Source of the DNA: Octopus vulgaris
Taxonomy: Eukaryota
NCBI GenBank assembly: GCA_951406725.2
Contig: OX597832.1
Span: forward strand, 59,830,001 to 59,894,000
DNA: 64,000 bases
Reading direction: 5' to 3'
The notes under the pieces are model-generated. The model was not told the DNA's origin. It did not search any database and saw only the letters and a program-made list of their open reading frames with translations. Positions 56,091 through 64,000 of the stretch are shown here, piece by piece. The number at the start of each line of letters is the position of its first letter. Positions within the stretch are counted from its first letter, which is position 1. Made by a program: the position numbers and the translations under genes.

Positions 56091-56944
56091 ATGGACTAAA
56101 TAAAACCAACAACAACAATAACCCAAACCAACCAATTTGTAGTAATAGACCAAGATTAGGCTCCCTCAGCCAAAGCGTCTCTCTTCCTCTTCAACAATTT
56201 TCTATGTGTCTCTCACAGGAAGGAGAACAACGACTACAGGTTATTTAATTGTTCTTATTTACGAGTTAGATCTTTTGTTGTACGAGACATACGTGCCTCC
56301 GTCTGTAGTTCGATAGTAAATAACGAAGAAATGCCAATTATTACAGCAAAAATTGCATTGCACAATAAAGAAAGTAAATATTAAGAAAATGTTATTGTCA
56401 TTTCGTGTCCTTCAATTGCTTTCTGATACTGTGAAACACGCATAAACTATTTCGTACGTTGCAGCATGATTTTATAATCAGACAGGTCGACTAAGCAAAT
56501 TGCTTTCACTCAAGTGAATTTGAATGAAGGAGGAGAGCGGAATTGCTAAGGGAGATAATCATCAATGCAGGCATATTGGCGGAAGGGGTGACTGTGGTGG
56601 CGGTGGTGGAAATGATGGTGGTGGTGGAACAATCTTTGCACCAAACGACCGTCATATTATCATCAGGTCAGATCTGTGAAGAATTAGAACTGTGTGTGTT
56701 TGGAAGAGTGTAAAAGAACGAGAAGAGAATACGGAAATCATATTGTGGGGAAGCTGCAATAAAGAGAAAACTGACGACGCATACATACATACATACATAC
56801 ATACATACATACATACATACATACATACATACATACATACATACATACATACATACATACACACATACATACATGCATACATACATGCATACATACAAAC
56901 ATACATATGCCTTTCTTTATGCGTGTGCAGGTTTGTACGTATAC

Positions 56945-57026
<82 letters not shown>

Positions 57027-57391
57027 TTGTATGTATGTATGTAATATATATACATTTGTATGTATATATATATTTATATATTTATATGTAGGTAGATAGG
57101 TAGTAAGGAGGTAGGTAGGTAGGTAGGTAGGTAGGTAGGTAGGTAGGTAGGTAGGTAGGTAGGTAGGTAGGTTGGTAGGTAGGTATGGCTGTGTGTCTCT
57201 ATGTATAGGATCAGATGTATAGTTAGACGGATTATAATAGATAAACAACAATAATTGAACAAACGGAAGAGAATTTCGATAAAGGGAAAACAGAGAGAAA
57301 AGAGTAAAAAAAAATCGGGGAAAATATAAAAAAAAGGGGATGACACACGAGCGAGGGTTAATGAAAATAAGTATTTTATATCGATGTTAAC

Positions 57392-57514
57392 AGAAAGAAA
57401 GAAAGAAAGAAAGAAAGATATAGGAAGGATGAGGAAAGGAAGGAAAGAAAGACAGAAATAGAAAGAATGAAGAAAGAAAGGAAGGAAGGAAGGAAGGAAG
57501 GAAGGAAGGAAGGA

Positions 57515-57582
<68 letters not shown>

Positions 57583-58020
57583 GATAGGAAGGATGAAGAA
57601 AGGAAGGAAAGAAAGACAGAAATAGAAAGAATGAAGAAAGAAAGGAAGGAAGGAAGAAAGAAAGGAAGGAAGGAAGGAAAGAAGGAAAGAAAGAAAGAAA
57701 GAAGGAAAGAAAGAAAGAAAGGAAGGAAGGAAGAAATAAAGAGAGAAAGTAAGAAAGGGAGAAAAGAAAAGAAAAGAAAGAAAGGAAAAAGGAAAGAAAG
57801 AAACAAACAAACAAATAGAAAGGATGAAGAAAGAAAGAAAGGAATGAAAGAAAGAAAGAAAGGATGAAAGAAAGAAGAAAAGAAAGAAAGTTAAGAAGGA
57901 AAGTAAGAAGGAAAGAAAGAAAGAAAGAAAGAAAGGAAGGAAAAAGAAATAAAGAGAGAAAGAAAGAAAAAGGGAAGAAAGAAAGACAGAAAGAAGGGAA
58001 GGAAGGAAGGAGAGAACGAG
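57392..58020. repeat. Purine-rich (GAAA)n/(GGAA)n tract with ~165-bp internal duplication
   Basis: 'taggaaggatga.gaaaggaaggaaagaaagacagaaatagaaagaatgaag' at ~57420 and ~57585. Confidence 0.92.
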
Positions 58021-58245
58021 CGAACGAATGAAGGAAGTGTGATGAGTGACTGGTTGAAGATTGTTCTGCGGAAGGAGAGAGCTTCTGAAAGATATTCTCT
58101 AAACAAGAATAAAAGACAGGCAGGCAATGGTTTCTTGGTATAAACATGGCTTTATACTTGTATCTCGTGTTTCGTTTTTCTGTAGATGCACCTAAGTTCA
58201 TACACGAATTTGCATGTATGTGTGTGCGAACGCGCCTGTGTGTGT

Positions 58246-58307
<62 letters not shown>

Positions 58308-58633
58308 GAGTGAGCAGGATATATAAGAGTAAAAAAAACATGATAAATATATAATCATATACAAAGTAACATATGTTTATATGCGAATGGCTATACGTCT
58401 GTTTATGTCTGTATGTTTGTTTGTTTATGGATGTATGTGTGTGTATGTGTGTGTGTGTGTGTGTGTGCGTTCGTACCTGTATGTGCGTGTGTGTGTGTGC
58501 AAATATGTATGTTCGTATGCATGTATATATGTGAATAAACATACATGTATATATATATATGTATGTGTGTGTGTGTGTTTGGCTATATCTATGTTTATGC
58601 GAATGGCTATATTTGTGATTATGCTTGTACGTT

Positions 58634-58689
<56 letters not shown>

Positions 58690-58926
58690 TGCGTGCGCGC
58701 ACATGCGTATAGACAACACTTAATAACTCTATCATACATTCAGACATTTATACGAGTGCGCGTGCGCATAGTGTAAGAAACTGATACAGTGCGACTAACG
58801 AAATAATACGTACATCAACAGACACACACATATATATATATACATACATATACATACATGCAATCATAACACACACACACATATATGCACATATACACAC
58901 GCATAATTGCATGTATATATACAAAT

Positions 58927-58966
<40 letters not shown>

Positions 58967-59744
58967 GTAAGTATATATGTATGTATATATGTATGTATGT
59001 ATGTCTATATATATGTATATATACATACATACATATATATACATGCATAAAGAAATGTCGGTTGGGGAGGGAGTAAGCGGAATAAAGAACAAGAAAGAAA
59101 GTGAGCGAAGGAGGGAGAGAGAAAGAGAAGTGGAGAGACGCAGGATTGGAAGATCTTTGATTTCATCAATCTACGTTGAAAACTCCCGGAGCTTTCTTAA
59201 AGAACGTTTATTATCTAATGCCATGGACATGATATTGATCTTACGGTACTTTGTAGTCCATTCTTCAAACATATTCGCCCCACATGAAAAGAACGCCTGA
59301 AGCACTAGCAAATCTAAGGGAGGCTACGTGATTCGAAAGGTCACTATAGCAGGTCAGAACGCACTACTACACAACTCATTTACATGACCGATGCTAAACG
59401 GAGTGAAATACTATGAACTATGGGATACATTTTCTACATAATCTTATCTGTAATATGCATTTTATTGAAAGCGATTAAATTGGCCACAATTTCCATCCAA
59501 TTTGCAAATATTTCCAATAAAGCAATGAGAGTTTTTCATTAAATTTCTCCAACACCACCACCGCTACCGCTATCTTAATTCTCATTACAATGTCTATACG
59601 CCATTAACTTCCGTCTCCGTTCTCTATTAAACCGACGCCGGAGCCCATTAATATATTTAACATTCCTATTAAATTATCCGCCATTTCGTAATAGACATGC
59701 ATACAGGTAATTATTAACATATCTATCTATTCATCAATCCATCC

Positions 59745-59794
<50 letters not shown>

Positions 59795-59872
59795 ATATCT
59801 ATCTGTCTATCTATCAATCTATCTATCTATCTATCTATCAATCTATCTATCTATCTATCAATCAATCTATAT

Positions 59873-59938
<66 letters not shown>

Positions 59939-59981
59939 GCGTGTATGGAATTATATATACATATATTCTTACATACATACA

Positions 59982-60016
<35 letters not shown>

Positions 60017-60020
<4 letters not shown>

Positions 60021-60293
60021 CGCGTGGCTTAGTGGATAGTGTATTCGGCTTACGACCGTAAACTTGTGAGTTCAATTCCCAGCGAAGCATTGTGTCTTTG
60101 AGCAAGGGGCTTTATTCGTTGCTGATCCAGTCCATTTAGCTGGCCAAAAAGAGTTGTAACGGTATTTCACTGTGTCACGGTGAATCTTCCTGTGGAGAGC
60201 TCAGCCACTTGCACGTTAATTTCACCAGCAGGCTGTTCCATTGATCGAATCGAATCTACTGGAACCTTCATCTTCGTAACTGACAGAGTGCCC
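60017..60293 (+). mobile_element. Chimeric SINE: family 2 (CORE) head + family 3 (RTE-type) tail
   Basis: Head aaggcgcgtggcttagtgg...tgtgtctttgagcaag...ccagtccatttagctg; tail ctcagccacttgcacgttaatttcaccagcaggctgttcc...ctggaaccttcatcttcgtaactgacagagtgcc. Confidence 0.75.
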
Positions 60294-60300
60294 GTATATA

Positions 60301-60328
60301 TACGTACACTTTTGCCCACCTTATATAT

Positions 60329-60376
<48 letters not shown>

Positions 60377-60404
60377 ATATATAAGGTGGGCAAAAGTGTA
60401 CGTA
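60301..60404. repeat. Perfect 104-bp palindrome centred on (TA)n
   Basis: The 52-nt arms are exact reverse complements (tacgtacacttttgcccacctta... / ...taaggtgggcaaaagtgtacgta). Confidence 0.95.
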
Positions 60405-60970
60405 CGCTGCTATACGTATATATAAATCCCCAAAATGGAACAAGAACGCAACAGACGACAATAAAAAGACGGACAGGAAAAAAACACGACTGGGTCATTT
60501 GCAGCTTCCCCTCATTAGTCTAGTTACCAAATTATCCTTACTGTTTCTGTCAGTTGCATTTGAGACTGATCAAATCGGGTTGCCCCCAAAATTCCTAGCT
60601 AAGTGCATTAAATTTTAGAGAGAAAGCAAGCGAATGTGTACGAAAACAAAGATAGAAAATGAAGAACATATTACACAATTACAAATACAAACACCAAGGA
60701 AATAACAACAGGTGTCTTTTGACTAATAAAGATGAATTAAGTTGAGCTGTCGTGTGTAGAGTGAAAGCCTTGAGGCAGGAATATAGAAGAACATATGAGA
60801 TGAAAGTCAGGAGGCAAGAATATAAGAGCTGCTACGCGGCCGGCTGTCGAGCCAAATAAGAAATATCATGCCTGGCCGAACATCGGTCACGTGGAAGGAA
60901 AAGCGAGGGTAGGGGCTGAGGGATTGAAGGATTAGGGGAAGAGAGGAAACCAAAGGGACATATACATACG

Positions 60971-61007
<37 letters not shown>

Positions 61008-61009
<2 letters not shown>

Positions 61010-61188
61010 AGAATTCACGAAAAAAAACAAAAGACGAAGACAGGTGGTGTAGAAAACAAACAGATGTATTAGTATAACGCTCAGGAATTGAAAAATTATT
61101 TTACATTTCGAGCCTACTCCTTCCCATAGGAACACACAAAGAAACTAGGAGAGAAAAATGTGTGTAGTGACTACCGATCTATCATGGC

Positions 61189-61190
<2 letters not shown>
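61008..61190 (-). mobile_element. Penelope-type terminal repeat fragment between (TA)n tracts, hammerhead degenerate
   Basis: Similar to 45255-45425 (aagacaggt..gt..aaacaa...acgctc.ggaa...tta..tttcg.gcctac). Confidence 0.55.
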
Positions 61191-61256
<66 letters not shown>

Positions 61257-61289
61257 AATACACACACATATATATATGTATATACACGC

Positions 61290-61334
<45 letters not shown>

Positions 61335-61419
61335 TACATATACATATACACATATATACGTATATAATAAAAGCAATGTTACATGAAATTGGAGGATTAC
61401 TCAATATATTTTGGAGAGA

Positions 61420-61900
61420 ACAAATTTATTATTCTTTAATAAGAATACTACTGACCGAGACTTCGAAGTTTCGGTCAGTTAACCCATCATCAGACTGTGG
61501 TATATTCGAGTTCTTCTTTGCTTTATAGTCCCGGCTGAGTTAAATATTTCATGGTAAGCTGCGTTCTAGTGAATGATAATTTGGTTGAATAGTAGGTTTT
61601 GGTGGCAAGATGTTATGGAAATTTTTAATTGATTACATTTGGAGTTGTACTATTATCCAGAATTTATTCATGCTTGTGGAGCTTTATGCATATGTGGATA
61701 TTTGTCTGTTGTACACGTAGTTTGCAAAATAATAACATATCTCCCTATTTTATTGTTCCATTTTCTCCACACTTTTCAACCTACTTCCTAAACTCTCTCA
61801 TTCTTTCTCGTTATACTCTGCTTCAGTACTCCTACGTTGACCTCATTCATAGAAATCTCTTTATCTACTCGACCGTACTATGTACACATTTGAGCAAGGA
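61420..61900 (-). mobile_element. Probable Penelope-like element remnant with hammerhead core at 61450-61497
   Basis: Minus strand CTGATGA-tgggttaactgacc-GAAA-cttcgaag-TC. Upstream CKLRVQQ weakly resembles the CxLC..EK end of PLE GIY-YIG domains. Confidence 0.45.
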
Positions 61901-62631
61901 ATCAAACAAACAAGTAATCAAACAACCAAACGTTGAAAGGGTAGAAAAACGGTGGCACCTAATTTTTTTAACTGGTTGGCTGTGTTAGATAATAATAAAA
62001 GTGCTACTGTTATAGTAGCGCTGTCAAGAAAAATATATCACAGTTAGTTCTCTGGGCTTAGAATCAAATTTTAAGCGAACATTTCCAGTGTTTGTAGTTT
62101 TAGATTAAATTTTGGTGAGATTTTTCAACGATTCTTTTCATGTCTACATTTGTAGTCAGTTTCAAAATGAAATAAATATAAAGAAAACATGGACGATGTT
62201 AAACATTAAAGAGAAACTTGTATAAAAATCTCGACAAATCCTAACGTTTGGGTTGTCGGATCGAGAAATAAATACTAGCAAAGTGTGATCGAAAATACTT
62301 GAAAATAAAGCATAACAAAATAAATTAAATAACAAGCAAAAGAGAAGCCTTAAAAGGCATTGTTATTGGCCACGGTTTTTTTGTGTGTGTTGGGGTGTGT
62401 GTTTTTTGGAGGCGAAGGTGTTTCTGTGATTTTCGTTTAGTTTTCTCTTATTTGTGAATTAAATTGTTCCCAACACCTTAATGATGCATTAGGAAATCGA
62501 ATGTCCAAAGATAAAAATAAAGAATAAATTAATAAATTTAAATAAAAGAGCGGAGCAGATTTTACTGAGCCTTAAATCATTAACTCATTGTCAAGGTTCT
62601 CAAAGTATCTAAGTGAATGCCTTGTGGTGCA

Positions 62632-63092
<461 letters not shown>

Positions 63093-63094
63093 AT

Positions 63095-63307
63095 GGCTTC
63101 AAATTTTGGCACAAGGCGAGCGAGTCCGGGGGAGGGTGTAAATCGACTACATCGACCCCAGTGCGTAACTGGTACTTATTTTATCGACCATGAGATGGTG
63201 AAAAGCAAAATCGATTCCGGGGACATTTGAAATCAGGACGTAAAGACGGACGAAATGCTGCCAAGCATTTTGTCCGGCGCGGTAACGCTTCTGCCAACTC
63301 GCCGCCA
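63095..63307 (-). mobile_element. SINE family 1, full length
   Basis: ttcaaattttggcacaagg...atcgaccccagtgcgtaactggtactta...ttctgccaactcgccgcc. Confidence 0.85.
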
Positions 63308-63477
63308 TTACAGCATATAAACAATAAAAGCAGGTAGTAGTAGCAGCAGCAGCGGCAAAAGTAGTAGTAGTATTAGTAGTAGTAGTAGTAGTAGTAGTAT
63401 GAATAATATTGATAATAATAATAAAAAGACTATTAGAATGATAAATATAATGTGACAACATCAACAACAACAACAAC

Positions 63478-63545
<68 letters not shown>

Positions 63546-64000
63546 GAGCAAAAAATTTAAAGAAAACAATAACAGAACAACAAAAACAAAAAGAAAACAT
63601 TGCGTAAGTTGCATAATTTATCAAATTTATTTGCTTTCGAGACATTTATAGTATAATTGCTAGTTTTATAACAGGGTTTCTGCCATTTTATGTGTTTTAG
63701 CATCAAAATATGTTAAACAGGGTGTACAGGCGGGGGTTGGCATGTTTCTTTGGTAAACATTGATGCTAGAGTGATACCATAAAACGGAGCTAGCATCACG
63801 CTTTCTCGGTCAAAAACATTTACTGTTTGTTAAAAAAAATAAAAGAATTGCCTCTGAAGATTTGCACAGCGTGTTTATCTCTCTTTTATTCCGGTGAAAC
63901 ACGGTTCCAATGATATTCTAAAGCAAGATTTTGGTCATGCGACAATTTCCCTTTCTACCCGGGTGTGTGGTAGTGGATGGATTTGGTTGCTGTGTCATAT

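Noticed and set aside
57074-58201. 375-aa Phe/Leu/Ser 'membrane protein' ORF
   Set aside because: Reverse translation of the (GAAA)n/(GGAA)n tract.

Overview
Eukaryotic, very AT-rich, gene-poor DNA saturated with microsatellites ((TA)n, (CA)n, (ATT)n, (GATA)n, (AGGT)n, (TTC)n, (GAAA)n). The SINE families and repeat landscape look like an Octopus (coleoid cephalopod) genome; this is recognition from memory, not a database result. I find no convincing intact host gene, and almost all ORFs in the supplied track are translations of simple repeats. The window is probably intronic or intergenic. What can be supported is a layered set of transposable elements: (i) degraded R4/Dong-type non-LTR retrotransposons (RT YMDD, zinc knuckle, PD-(D/E)xK endonuclease) whose 3' ends mostly run into (TAA)n, all on the minus strand; (ii) 3' ends of a Tx1/L1-like LINE in (GATA)n; (iii) at least four tRNA-derived SINE families; (iv) an internally deleted long-TIR mariner and two MADE1-like mariner MITEs; (v) a Helentron-type (HINE) element; (vi) a bipartite RTE-derived element; (vii) Penelope-type fragments with minimal hammerhead ribozyme motifs. 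The most interesting signals are a SINE variant with a Tx1-like tail found repeatedly at the same internal positions of its own family, a fold-back element built from an 18-bp repeat with about 20 TAATCC sites, several palindromes centred on (TA)n or hammerhead stem III, and an inverted SINE pair that could be an ADAR substrate. Coordinates were read by eye and boundaries may be off by a few bases.
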